Positions 12,183-24,220 of a stretch of DNA of 64,000 nt are shown here, one piece after another; position 1 is the first letter of the stretch, and every line of letters begins with the position of its first letter. The stretch is from Epithemia pelagica (lineage: Eukaryota > Protista > Bacillariophyta): positions 1,240,001-1,304,000 of the forward strand of contig OX337231.1 in assembly GCA_946965045.2 (NCBI GenBank). Direction: 5' to 3'. The notes below the pieces were generated by a model. That model searched no databases. It was not told the DNA's origin and saw nothing but the letters and a program-made list of their open reading frames with translations. Made by a program: the position numbers and the translations under genes.

Positions 12183-13415
12183 TTAGGGGGTTGTGTCTTT
12201 CGGTGTGTCCAAGGGCCAGAGTTTGCGCACCACCACTTGCGACGGTACATGAATGGCCGGGTCCAAGTCATCTTCGGGAAATGTAAAGTTGGCATCGTAG
12301 AACCAGGTATTGGTGGAAAAGATGGAATCTCCATAAATGACCGAGAGGGAGGGAGTGTTGTACAATTTCGACGAAAGAAATCCCAAATAGTGGGCCTCCA
12401 GAGGAAGGTACGTATTGTTGTAGTAGGAATAATAGCCACCCTGTAAAGCATAGACACTGATTCCTTGATAGTGGGGCAACTTCTGAGTCACATACAAAAT
12501 ATTGCCACGGACCGTCAATCCATCGGCACCTGGTACCTTGTCTGCAATGATTTCGGTGGTGGTATTGTCTCGAAGGTTCAAATACCAGACTGATCCTAAA
12601 TCAGGGGTCCATTCTTCTTCGGCAGTACTCCATGCTTCTTGCGCCACCAAGAGACCGTAGGCAAAGGGAACAATACCATTGGTCCACGAGTCGCCATCAA
12701 ACACGGGGTCCAATTCGCGGTATCCGACGGAACAGTTTCCGTGCAAGGCCGCATCCCTGACATTGAGAGTCATGACAAAACGACTGTACGAGTCGGTAAT
12801 GTATGCGTAGGATCCACGGACCGTGACATCGTACAGAAAGCTATCCGTACCGTTGCCAATTTGGGGTGGGGGAGCACAGGTGGCACGCAACTTACCCGAA
12901 TGAACATGGTACACGTAGACCTCACTCTTACCATCACCAAACGAGCTGCCTCCACCAGCTACTATAAGGTATCCCCTGTGGTACCAGATACCCCAGGCTT
13001 GACGCTTGTTCAAGGCCAAGTCAGTACGATTGAGGACTTTCCAGAAATGCCCAGAATGAGTATTGAAGGCAAGAACCTGGCCCGACAGTATCTGGGAAAT
13101 AAAGATATAGGGTCCTGGGCCATTGGCAATGCCTTGTGGACGTTCGCGAAGAGTGAGTAGATGGTCGCCAGGATGATAAGGATGAAGATCTCGTCTACGA
13201 ACGTGGTTACTTGTCTCGGCATGTTGCTGCACAGGTTCCACGACCTCCATGTCATCGCTCGGAAAAGGTTCCTTGCCATGTACAAACGCAGCCTCAAAGT
13301 CATCCACCAGTCCATCTTCCACGTCCTCTTGAAAGTAGTCAACATCAGCTGCGCCAATGCCATACACCTGAAAGGCGAGCAAAAGATGCAAGAGTGCACA
13401 TCGCATGTTCATCAT
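12183..13415 (-). CDS. Secreted beta-propeller protein (SMP-30/gluconolactonase-like), copy 1
   Basis: 410-aa ORF with hydrophobic signal peptide and blade-like motifs FLYDVTV, NGIV and GADGLTV. The family call is tentative. Confidence 0.65.
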   Translation of the reverse strand: MMNMRCALLHLLLAFQVYGIGAADVDYFQEDVEDGLVDDFEAAFVHGKEPFPSDDMEVVEPVQQHAETSNHVRRRDLHPYHPGDHLLTLRERPQGIANGPGPYIFISQILSGQVLAFNTHSGHFWKVLNRTDLALNKRQAWGIWYHRGYLIVAGGGSSFGDGKSEVYVYHVHSGKLRATCAPPPQIGNGTDSFLYDVTVRGSYAYITDSYSRFVMTLNVRDAALHGNCSVGYRELDPVFDGDSWTNGIVPFAYGLLVAQEAWSTAEEEWTPDLGSVWYLNLRDNTTTEIIADKVPGADGLTVRGNILYVTQKLPHYQGISVYALQGGYYSYYNNTYLPLEAHYLGFLSSKLYNTPSLSVIYGDSIFSTNTWFYDANFTFPEDDLDPAIHVPSQVVVRKLWPLDTPKDTTP

Positions 13416-13812
13416 AATCGCGTTCTTTCTCTCTTCTCTTGTTGTCTTACTCGCGATTTTGTGTTTGATGCAACAAGCTTTTCTTGGAATTTTTGGGGGA
13501 TTATTGGGGGGATTTCAGTCGCGATCTTTTGCAGAGAAAAGAGCAAGGCTATCCGTAGCAGAATGATCTACCTCAAGATAGAGGAGAACCTAGCATCATT
13601 ATGATCGCAAGAATATGCCGTTGAAGCACGAAACATGTAAATGTCTTTGTTCATCCTTAGTTTATAGAAATATAGAATAGAGCCTTTTGCACAGTTCACC
13701 CTGACGAATAGATAAATCAACAGCCCTTCGCACTTCCGCGTAGCTCCTCAATGCATAAGAACGTTCATTCTTTGGAAACGTAAACCACCCTCATTGGACG
13801 AATGGAGAATAA

Positions 13813-16142
13813 TCATTGCTTGCCTTGGCTCTTGCGGAAGAAACAAGACCACACCAACCAAACGATAAAGGCCAGAGCCACAAAGACGCCACCTCCCACA
13901 GAGGAGTACATCCAAATAGGTTCAACAACTTTGGAAGCGGATGCGCCCGACCCGAGATGGAGTCCAACATCAAACCCAGTGCTGGACCCGTCTTCTTCAT
14001 CCACAGCGCCAGACATGCGACGAATGGCTCCACCCAATCGAGATCGCAAGTAGCGAGTTCCGCCGGAGGGCGTATGAAACTTGAGAAAGCATACACCAAG
14101 GGCAACCACATCGGCCGGGTCATCTTCGTTGAAAAAACCAGCCGCAAGGCGAACATAAATCACAGCAGTATCGCCGACTTGTTCCATCCTTGTATAGGGC
14201 TTGATGGCAGTTGTATTGCGGACAGCCGTCTGGGTCAACGAACCTTGACTCAACTTCAAACGTTGGATCCCAGCCACATTCACCGTCTCACTCTCTGACC
14301 GGACACAGATGCGCGCTTCTTCATGGGGCAACACCGGCTCGGAATTGCATGTCAAACTTGCATCGCACTGACAGGCACGCACGTCGTAGTCCAATGACAC
14401 CTTGAGTTCAAAATCAACATTCGCACTCGATTCCACATCAATATTGGTCAAGTTGAATCGTTCCAATGTGTTCATCTCCACATACAACCGATTCAGTTCC
14501 GAAACAACCGGCACCAACTCGTCGTTCAGCATATCCACTCGCAAACAAAGCGACATCATGGCAGAGTTGTGCCTGATCTGCTCGTAAACCGGGCTTTCTG
14601 AGATCGAAGTATGATTAATGTCGAGCCTGGCGTGCAAACGTTCTCGATCAAGAGGACGGGCCTCGGTTCGGGGAAAGGATCTGATGAAACCAACATCCAC
14701 CGGTGTCAGACAGTCCATCTCCATTACGGTAAACGAAAGGTGCTTGCCAGCATCGTATTCATACACAGCAATGATTTCTTGTTCCGATGCATTGTCCGTA
14801 AAGCTTGCCGAAATATCAACGACTTCAATGTCCAAATCAAAGTCACCAATCTCGATCGACTCTTCAGTGGGTGCCGGAGTGGGTGGCTGTACATTTGGAA
14901 CAGCGACACTGTCCACGGCTTGAACGACTTCTTGATTTGATGCATCCGTCGTCGCAAACACCAAACGATTCCCAGACAAGGCGAGACCAGTGCGTTCGGG
15001 ATTGTTGCTGTCACTCATCCAGTTAATGGTGTATCCGTGTTGTTTCCAAACTCCCACTTCCAAATCAAACATGCGGATCCGGTTGGGTTGTTGATCCAGA
15101 TCGACTGGCAAACGGACCGTCGTAGCAAACGCCACGCGAGTACCACCATGGCTGAGTTGTACAGGGCCATTCATCAACTCGACTTGACTCGTCAACTCCC
15201 CAGACTTGATCCAGCGACGAGTAAATGGGAAGAAGGAATACATCTTGATGGAACTTTCCGATCCAAATACTCCAATACCATGACACGCAACCGCCAATGC
15301 TTGACCATTGCCACTCAAGGACAAACGATGACCCAAGCGTTCACGGACATGGTCTCCTTGAATGATGGAACCAACCAAGCGCCAACTCTGATCCGAACCA
15401 CGATAATCGTAGACACCCACACTGCCACGATCCGTCAGCATACTGTCCTGACCTTCAAACCCAGGAGACGAAATCGCAATACGATTCCCAGACGACGCTA
15501 AAGAGATTTCAAACCCAAACAAATCACCCTGCGCAAAGCCTTTCAAGGATCCTTTGGCCTCCCATACATGTCCGTTGCGGTGAAAGAATAGGACTTGGCC
15601 TCGACGAGCGTCATAAAATTCGCAACTCATGGCCACCACATGACCATTGGCCGAAATCGAAACATCGCGGCCATGAGAGTCTCCGCCGCATGACAAATCA
15701 TTGCCAATTTGTTCCCCCGAGTTCATCTTGTACACCTTGACCTTGGTACCTCGTTTCGACGTGTCTTTGCCACGCATGGCAATCGTCGACCCATCGGATG
15801 ACATGGCAAAGGATTCGCCAATCTTGAAATAGGAATATCCGGGAAAGATACGGTACGTTTTCCAGGCGGTTCCGTTAAACTGATAGGTGTAAATAAGGCC
15901 GTTGACGTAGCCATAGGGATGTCCGACTGCCATCATGGAACCGTCGCTTGAGAGCGAAATGTCTTTGCCAAATCCAACTGGATCAGGAACATTGACAAGA
16001 GGAGTCAGCAAGGCATCTCCTGCTGCTTCAAAGCCATGATACGGCTGGAAAGACCACAGAATTTATGGTGAGTCATGAGATTGAGAAGAAGCAGAGAGAC
16101 AAGATACCATCGGAGTGTTTTACTTACATTCGTCGCGGCCAT
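13813..16142 (-). CDS. FG-GAP/kelch-like beta-propeller protein with C-terminal transmembrane helix, copy 1
   Basis: Repeats FGKDISLSSDG, GESFAMSSDG, GRDVSISANG and FGFEISLASSG; C-terminal TM helix. Probable short first exon MAATN (16142-16128) with a GT-AG intron 16127-16045 in frame with the 732-aa ORF. Confidence 0.8.
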
Positions 16143-17025
16143 GGTAGAGATTCTCTTTGTGATATTCGAAATGGAAGAAAAGTTGTAGCTCGATGACTTT
16201 TGTTTTTCGGATTGTTTGCTTGCAACTTTACTGATTGCAATTTTTATGAGCACAAGGAAAGAGAGAGCATGAATGGGACCAATTTATGATCCACCTCCGC
16301 AAACCTACTGTTTTCCGTTTCCCGAAACGGTTCATCGCTTTCGAACCATGTACACCAAGGATGAGATACTTAAAAGATTTTCATGAGAAATGGAATCCAA
16401 AGAGGTGCGAGGATTCCCTGCCCAATCGTTTCCCGAACGTCTCTCCGCTTGCGACCAGGGCACTCGCTCCCTTTGATTGTTGCTTGGTCGTTGGTCTGTC
16501 GTCCTAACTCCTGTCGTTGGTGATGGATCACCCAAGAAGGTTCTAGCACCATGAACGCTTCCAGCAAGTATGTTGTTGGTCCGTGATGTTTGGAGAGCGC
16601 GCTCTTCTTGTGGATTCCTCTCTCAGGAAAATCTTTTCGCACAGTCGGCAGTTTGCGGGTTCCACAATAGCAGCGTCCCTTTGTCCATGGTCCAAGCACC
16701 ATTCTTTGTCTCGTTTTCATTTCGTCTACCGTTCGTTCCGTCTCATTGTCACAATGGTCGCCAAAGAGGTCGTTGTCTGTCGTGCGTACGTCGTGACGCG
16801 GCAGGAGTTCGGGAGCAGATGTTCAGACATCAGTCGGGCACGCGCGACACACGCGCGTGGCGCGACGGCGCGCACAACTTTGGTTGGAGCTGGATGGAAG
16901 TAGTCTGCATCAGAGTCGAGCTCACAATCTTGAGATAGTGAGCAGCGACACGAGAACACTGCCTACTCAAGTGGAGGTCATCAGACTAGATAGTTCCTAA
17001 GACATTTTCAAAACTTGTTGCTACG

Positions 17026-19779
17026 ATGGTGTTGTCTTCGACTTCTCCTTTCTTTGAGGAGGTTGACGATTTGTTCCCGATGACTGATGATGAGACTCCC
17101 CTGCAGAATAACCTCGGGACAGGTTCGAAGAACGGGACTACTGATGATTCTCATATTGTTTCTGTCGCTTCGGAACCTACTGGTGGATTGGATAATCGCA
17201 AAGGGACTGTTTTGCCTGCTACGGACCATGCCGGTATTCATGCCCTTTCTTCGCTTTCGCTTGACGATGAGATTGGTGGATCCAAAACCGGTTCGGGATT
17301 CGATCAAGATCTAACCTTACCGATGAAGTTGGCTCCTTCTTCCAACGCTGGACACCCATCTCCCGTTCCTGTTCTACCATTCAGCCGTGCTGACATGTTC
17401 AAGTCGAAGTTTCCGGTGTCTTCTTCCGAGAAGACCCGACTCTTGTCCTGTCGTCCCGCGGGGTGGGCTGATTCCTTTTGTTTGGATTTCCACCTAGCAC
17501 TTGATGGCGACTCGAAGTTGTGGTCGAAACTTTGTGCGAGTTTCAACGATGTTGCTAGCCTCCAAGACCTCCAGCGCTTTCTTTCATGCGACTTGAATGG
17601 TATGCCGTTGGCCTTCTTAGGAGTTGATCACGATAAGAAGCTTCGGATCATTCATAGTGTGCTCCTTGCACCCGATTCTGGTTCAATCGTGAATCCGGTT
17701 CCTTCCTTCATTTGCCTGACTCAGGAAGCTTTCGACAGCCCCCCAGTTTCTTTGGTCTCAGACAAATTGAAGAATCTCCTGATCAGCACGGATTACTCTG
17801 ACATTCCCTCTGCCCAGATGATCTTTGACGATTGCATCGTTGATTGTAACATTCCCGGAGACTCTGATGAAGGCCGTCCTGGCGATGTTCTTCCCGATTT
17901 CCGCCTTGATTTGTCCAAGTTCGAGAAACTGTCTATCCCCGAAGAGGATGATGGTACTGATCAAGGCAAGAAGAAGAATCCCAAGAGGAAGTCTACGGAC
18001 TTCGAATTTATGGGTCTGATTCCAGTTCACCCTTCTATTGCCGGTGAATTGTTGAAAGTATTTTCCCTTTTTGGCTTTGACTCGGAAAATTGCTCCCCCC
18101 AAGCTTTGGCTTCCCATATCTTTCGCTTTGTGGTTCGTCGTTGGGCTAAGACTATCGGTCGGGATAAATTTGGGAAGTCCACATTTGTTGATTCTTCCCA
18201 CAAGGTCTTTACGGGAATCCTTCCATTGCTCCGTTTCTTGTGGATTGTCTGTCATAAACCTTCCCTTTTTGATGCACTGGTCTTTGATGTTCCATCAAAA
18301 TTTGATGCTGCGAGTAAATTGTTCCGTCGTAACTTTCCCAAAGTATTCCCGGATCTAGCCTCTCCAGCTCGTCGCGGTCCCTCTCCGAATTTACCGCCGA
18401 CACCCAATCAAGCCGTTCGAGTTCCCTCTGTTGGTCAACCCCCTGCCTCTTTGACAACCCCAAGTACTTCGATTCCAGCGGTTGGTGGAGTGTCTCCGGA
18501 TGCTGTTTACATGACTCAGAAGATGACAGAGCAGTTATCGGAGGTATTTTTGACCCACTCTAACCGTTTAGCTCGGGAGAAAGAGGAAGACAAGAAAGAA
18601 GTTTTTAAGAACGCAGTTCATCTTTGGAATGGTATCGTTTTTGGTCAAGTGAACCCCTCGAGTGATACCTTACCTGTGGCTCCGACTGAGATAGCCTTGG
18701 AAATCTTTCGTCAAAAAAGTACCCATACGCTTCATTCCTTGATTCAGGCTCGTGTTTTTCGCAAGACGGCGAATGCCTGCTATATTCTCTTCAGCCAGTG
18801 CGGCGTTTTGCAGAAATACGGTTTACGCTGGAAAGGTGATGACCACCCGAGTGGTTACTCTCCTTTCTCGTTCGACCCTTACCACAGTGGCGGCCCTGAA
18901 GCTCACTTGGCTTTGGACAAAGACATTCACGAACATATTTACGAATGTGCCCTCCGCCAGGACAACGGTCTTTCCACGAAGGACATGCGTGATATTTTCA
19001 CGAATGAGAAGTTGTTTTGCCCTCTGAAGGTCGAAGAATACTCCCAGCAACTTCGCTCGTATTATCTTTTTTCGGCGGCAATTTTTGGTGAATCTTCTTT
19101 CATTGCTTCCCAGATCCACAAGATGGTTGAACACTACCTCTTGAACACCCGTGTGTACCGGATTAGCCAAGCTTACGACGCGAAGTTTCTGACTCAAGTT
19201 TTGTTCTCCATCGACGATGCGGTCCAGCGGTTTATCGAAGACTCGTTGGAATCGGCCGAATGTCTGGAGGACATCTCATTTGATGCGTTGGAATACCATT
19301 TCAACCAGTTGGGCTATAAGATCACCGCTCGCAAAAACATTTGTCGCATGCTTCCGCGCTTCTTCCTGTCGGCAATCAATTCGAAATAAAACAAGGTCAC
19401 TCCAAATGAAGACTCTGGGTCTACGAAGAAATCCAATTCAGGTTCGAAGGACTCGAAAAAACGAGCGGCCGATGTGGGCGGTGACTCAAATCCTTCCTCT
19501 TCTAAACGAGTCAAGTTCGATTCTCCGAAAGACTGGTGCCTTCCAGCCCGTACGAAGTACTCCAAAGTTTTTACTCGATCTGTGCTGGAGAAGATGCCAA
19601 CTTTGAACGTTGATGGGGAGGAACGTCCGTTTTGCAACAAGCTTCTTGCCTTGAAGTCCTGTCGGTCGGGAGATGATTGCTACTTTTGCCATGCTGACCC
19701 CCGTGAGCATGGCAAAGGAGAGGAAGTGACCAATTTCTACAAGAAAGTCTACGCCGATGCAAAGAAGAACCAATCTTGA
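17026..19779 (+). pseudogene. Gag-like ORF1 with C-terminal CCCH-like finger, interrupted by one in-frame TAA (19387-19389)
   Basis: ORFs 17026-19389 and 19474-19779 are in the same frame with open sequence between them; motif C-x8-C-x5-C-x2-C-H (CNKLLALKSCRSGDDCYFCH). Confidence 0.7.
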
Positions 19780-21333
19780 CGGGATCTGGGGTTGATTGTC
19801 GATTCAGGTAGTTCTTCCTTTTTCAGTGTTCCAAGTTCTTCCGCTCAATCTTCTTTCAACCCCCCAGTCGTAGGTGGTAGTCATTCAGTTCCCGAATTGA
19901 AGCAGCTTCTTGGCGTTAGAGAAATTCCAGTCCCTCCGTGTTTGTCTTCTATGCCATCGATACCTTCCAGTTCACCGTTTGGGACAGAGTTTTCAGACGA
20001 ACGCTCTGTGTCGATGGATGCCGTTCGTTCTCATGTTGAAACACCAATGCCCATTCACCCGTCGACGCCCCCGAAGACCAGGTCAAAGAAGTCAGTCCAA
20101 TTCTCGGAGACAGTTGCTTGTCGAAGATTTCGAACGGCAAAACCGGCATCTCGGAAACCTTTGCGCTCTCCGTCGAGAGTGGATCCAACTTCGGTTCGAT
20201 CGGTGCTGAAACGATCTGCAGTCGCAGATTTAGATTCGGAAGATGACGATTTAACTTTCCCTGATCTTCCTTCGGATGATTCGATCAGCCGAACCAATCA
20301 GAGACTGATTAGCGCAGTCGCGCGTGCTTCAGTCGCGGAAGATCGCCCGGCGATCCTCGATGATCCCTCGCCGGCATCTCAAATTCAAATTGGTAATTCA
20401 AGAGCTCTGGGTGCCCCAGCCCCTAACATTGCTTCAGATCAATCTGGCCGCGCTCTTAACCGGAACCTTGCTCGGTTACAGTCGGAAATACGGTCCGCTG
20501 AGGAATGTTAGGTGAGTCAGACAATGATGATGCTCGTGCTTCTAGTACCAATGATCCAGACCGGGGACCACCTGTCGAACGACAGGAATTCCTTCCAAAC
20601 GACCCATCGCAAATTTTCACGAGAAAAATTTCGCGACCATCTCTACTTCCGCCGAAGTATGTTCACAGTGTGAACACAATGGCCTCGATTTGCAAACGCA
20701 TTGTACCGACGCCAAAACCCTCTCCTTTTGACCATGCAACGTCGATGGACTCAGCGAGAACAAATTCCGAACTGATTGCAAAATTCAACTACGATCTACA
20801 AGACCTTTTTGATGCTTACCCAAAGTCAACTATTAGCCCTGGGTCGGAATTTAGAGCTATCGAGGACATCAAGAAATTGCTCGGAGAACATCCATTCTGG
20901 GATAGAATCGACGAGATTCTAACCAAAGGAGCACGATACACTTTCAAGACGATTCCTCCTGACGTTGATAGAATGAAAGAGAATGAGGCCATCCTGGAAT
21001 ATGGGAATCATTCATCAGCCCGGAAGAAGCCCGAAACCTTAAGAAAGGTTATGGCAAAAGATTCAAAATACGGATTCGCTTGTCCGATTACTTTCGACTG
21101 TGCAAAGAAATTGAAGAATGGTCGCGCAGGTCCTTTGGGTGTAGCCCAACACAATGGAATTGACGAGAAGGGTGAGATTATTACCAAAGATCATCTCGCA
21201 CACGATCAAACATTCTCTTTTGGTTTTGCCCCTTCCTTGAATGCGTCCATTGATGAATCAGCTTTGATCGACTTGGTTTATGGCTGGTGCTTGGATAGGC
21301 TGATTCATCAAATGGTGGCACTACGTCGATCTT
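19780..21333 (+). pseudogene. Pol-like region: Ser/Pro-rich part (19780-20511) and truncated RT N-terminus (20505-21333) in a different frame
   Basis: RT-like motifs lie in ORF 20505-21350, which is cut at the duplication junction at 21334. Confidence 0.62.
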
Positions 21334-21337
21334 ACCG

Positions 21338-21958
21338 ATGCATTCCGTGATTCTTCCCGACCCCAAGACCGAAGGCGTCGATCCCGACACGTACCTGTCG
21401 CAGCTGGTACAAGCCATGTACGGCACAAAGTTGGTCCTGAGAACGGCACTGGAACTGGGCCATTTCTTTCCTCAAATAACGGACGAACAAATGAATGCCT
21501 ACAGCATGGAGGTGGTTTCGGTCGCCCGTGCCAACAACACACAAGGTCTACAAGAGATCTTAGACAAGCGAGGACGAGAAGCCTTGGATTGTTTTAATCG
21601 ATTTGGGGAAGGATTGCTCAATCTCTGTTGTCGTCGTGGCTTTACGCAAAGTGTCAAGTTTTTGCTCTCGGATCCTGTCCGTTTGAGTGTTCGGGTCCGA
21701 GATGACTATGGCCGGACGCCCTTGCACGATGCCTGTTGGAATCCGGAACCTCAACTGGAAATTTGTGAGTACGTGATTGAACAAGATCCCTCCTTGTTCT
21801 TTGTGACCGACAAGCGTGGCTATACACCCTTTCAGTATGCTCGAAATACCGACTGGCCCCTGTGGCGTCAGTTTTTGTTGGATCGACGCCACTTGTTGGC
21901 TCCCTTGTCCCAACCCGAAATTCGCAATCACTTTACGAAACGGGACGATGAACTCTAG
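21338..21958 (+). pseudogene. 5'-truncated duplicate of the GAF-ankyrin gene (ankyrin half only)
   Basis: 206 aa identical to the C-terminus of 10292-11890; GAF domain absent. Confidence 0.85.
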
Positions 21959-22250
21959 AAAAAGCAAACATGGGAGCGCTATCATTTCGCGAATCGCCGG
22001 CCTCTTGTACCTACATTACTACTGCTTAGATCCCCCTTTCATTTACACTTACTACTCTTTGTTACGAATATGTTATCACCACAAAGTTAACCTTTCGGCC
22101 GAATAGAATGCCAGGAGTAACTTTTTTGCCAATGCCTTCTTCCCTACTCATTCACCAATCCGATCCTCTCCCCAACCTTCCAAGCCTTGACTACGTCCAT
22201 CTCCTTTCACGACCTCACCCAACACTCGCACTTTAATGTCTCGCTCCAAA

Positions 22251-23483
22251 TTAGGGGGTTGTGTCTTTCGGTGTGTCCAAGGGCCAGAGTTTGCGCACCA
22301 CCACTTGCGACGGTACATGAATGGCCAGGTCCAAGTCATCTTCGGGAAATGTAAAGTTGGCATCGTAGAACCAGGTATTGGTGGAAAAGATGGAATCTCC
22401 ATAAATGACCGAGAGGGAGGGAGTGTTGTACAATTTCGACGAAAGAAATCCCAAATAGTGGGCCTCCAGAGGAAGGTACGTATTGTTGTAGTAGGAATAA
22501 TAGCCACCCTGTAAAGCATAGACACTGATTCCTTGATAGTGGGGCAACTTCTGAGTCACATACAAAATATTGCCACGGACCGTCAATCCATCGGCACCTG
22601 GTACCTTGTCTGCAATGATTTCGGTGGTGGTATTGTCTCGAAGGTTCAAATACCAGACTGATCCTAAATCAGGGGTCCATTCTTCTTCGGCAGTACTCCA
22701 TGCTTCTTGCGCCACCAAGAGACCGTAGGCAAAGGGAACAATACCATTGGTCCACGAGTCGCCATCAAACACGGGGTCCAATTCGCGGTATCCGACGGAA
22801 CAGTTTCCGTGCAAGGCCGCATCCCTGACATTGAGAGTCATGACAAAACGACTGTACGAGTCGGTAATGTATGCGTAGGATCCACGGACCGTGACATCGT
22901 ACAGAAAGCTATCCGTACCGTTGCCAATTTGGGGTGGGGGAGCACAGGTGGCACGCAACTTACCCGAATGAACATGGTACACGTAGACCTCACTCTTACC
23001 ATCACCAAACGAGCTGCCTCCACCAACTACTATAAGGTATCCCCTGTGGTACCAGATACCCCAGGCTTGACGCTTGTTCAAGGCCAAGTCAGTACGATTG
23101 AGGACTTTCCAGAAATGCCCAGAATGAGTATTGAAGGCAAGAACCTGGCCCGACAGTATCTGGGAAATAAAGATATAGGGTCCTGGGCCATTGGCAATGC
23201 CTTGTGGACGTTCGCGAAGAGTGAGTAGATGGTCGCCAGGATGATAAGGATGAAGATCTCGTCTACGAACGTGGTTACTTGTCTCGGCATGTTGCTGCAC
23301 AGGTTCCACGACCTCCATGTCATCGCTCGGAAAAGGTTCCTTGCCATGTACAAACGCAGCCTCAAAGTCATCCACCAGTCCATCTTCCACGTCCTCTTGA
23401 AAGTAGTCAACATCAGCTGCGCCAATGCCATACACCTGAAAGGCGAGCAAAAGATGCAAGAGTGCACATCGCATGTTCATCAT
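22251..23483 (-). CDS. Secreted beta-propeller protein, copy 2
   Basis: 410 aa; differs from copy 1 at LIVA/LIVV and DLDP/DLDL. Confidence 0.65.
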   Translation of the reverse strand: MMNMRCALLHLLLAFQVYGIGAADVDYFQEDVEDGLVDDFEAAFVHGKEPFPSDDMEVVEPVQQHAETSNHVRRRDLHPYHPGDHLLTLRERPQGIANGPGPYIFISQILSGQVLAFNTHSGHFWKVLNRTDLALNKRQAWGIWYHRGYLIVVGGGSSFGDGKSEVYVYHVHSGKLRATCAPPPQIGNGTDSFLYDVTVRGSYAYITDSYSRFVMTLNVRDAALHGNCSVGYRELDPVFDGDSWTNGIVPFAYGLLVAQEAWSTAEEEWTPDLGSVWYLNLRDNTTTEIIADKVPGADGLTVRGNILYVTQKLPHYQGISVYALQGGYYSYYNNTYLPLEAHYLGFLSSKLYNTPSLSVIYGDSIFSTNTWFYDANFTFPEDDLDLAIHVPSQVVVRKLWPLDTPKDTTP

Positions 23484-23660
23484 GATCGCGTTCTTTCTCT
23501 CTTCTCTTGTTGTCTTATTCGCGATTTTGTGTTTGATGCAACAAGCTTTTCTTGGAATTTTGGGGGGATTATTGGGGGGATTTCAGTGGCGATCTTTTGC
23601 AGAGAAAAGAGCAAGGCTATCCGTAGCAGAATGATCTACCTAAAGATAGAGGAGAACCTA

Positions 23661-23998
23661 CCGGTAATTACACAGTCCAAGCACCATGCGTTGAATCTTT
23701 CCGCTCAAATTTGTATAGGACCAATGTGTAGTGCTCAACGCATATACAGTTAAGTCTTAAAGCCGAAATGCCACATGTTTGAAACTGTAACTTTAGAAGT
23801 ACTTTGAGTTAGCTAGTCTTATGATTATCGTTTGAATCTACTTCAAAAGAGGATTCGATCCCACCCGGGCTCATCAAAATCCGTCTTATAGTTCTCATTT
23901 TATGGACGGATGAAACTCTTTGGGGGCATGCTCTTTTTACGGGTAAATCGTCCGTTTTTTGCACCATTCCAATGGTGCTTGGACTGTGTAATTACCGG
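23661..23998. mobile_element. 338-bp MITE (non-autonomous Tc1/mariner-type)
   Basis: Perfect 27-bp TIRs CCGGTAATTACACAGTCCAAGCACCAT; TA duplication at 23659-23660 and 23999-24000; empty site AACC-TA-GCATC in copy 1 near 13591. Confidence 0.95.
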
Positions 23999-24220
23999 TA
24001 GCATCATTATGATCGCAAGAATATGCCGTTGAAGCACGAAACAAGTAAATGTCTTTGTTCATCCTTAGTTTATAGAAATATAGAATAGAGCCTTTTGCAC
24101 AGTTCACCCTGACGAATAGATAAATCAACAGCCCTTCGCACTTCCGCGTAGCTCCTCAATGCATAAGAACGTTCATTCTTTGGAAACGTAAACCACCCTC
24201 ATTGGACGAATGGAGAATAA

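Larger units (their letters stand above)
11266..16772 (+). repeat. Segmental duplication, copy 1
   Basis: Near-identical to 21334-27188. Offset is 10068, then 10408 after the MITE, then 10416 after an 8-bp microduplication near 26981. Confidence 0.97.
16773..21333 (+). mobile_element. 3'-truncated tyrosine-recombinase (DIRS/Ngaro-like) retrotransposon
   Basis: Absent at the homologous site in copy 2 (27188/27189). Has a long gag-like ORF ending in a Cys/His finger, then the N-terminal part of an RT recognised from memory as DIRS/Ngaro-like (GNHSSA, HDQTF, YGWCLDRLIHQMVALR). RT core, RNase H, recombinase and terminal repeats are missing. Confidence 0.72.
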
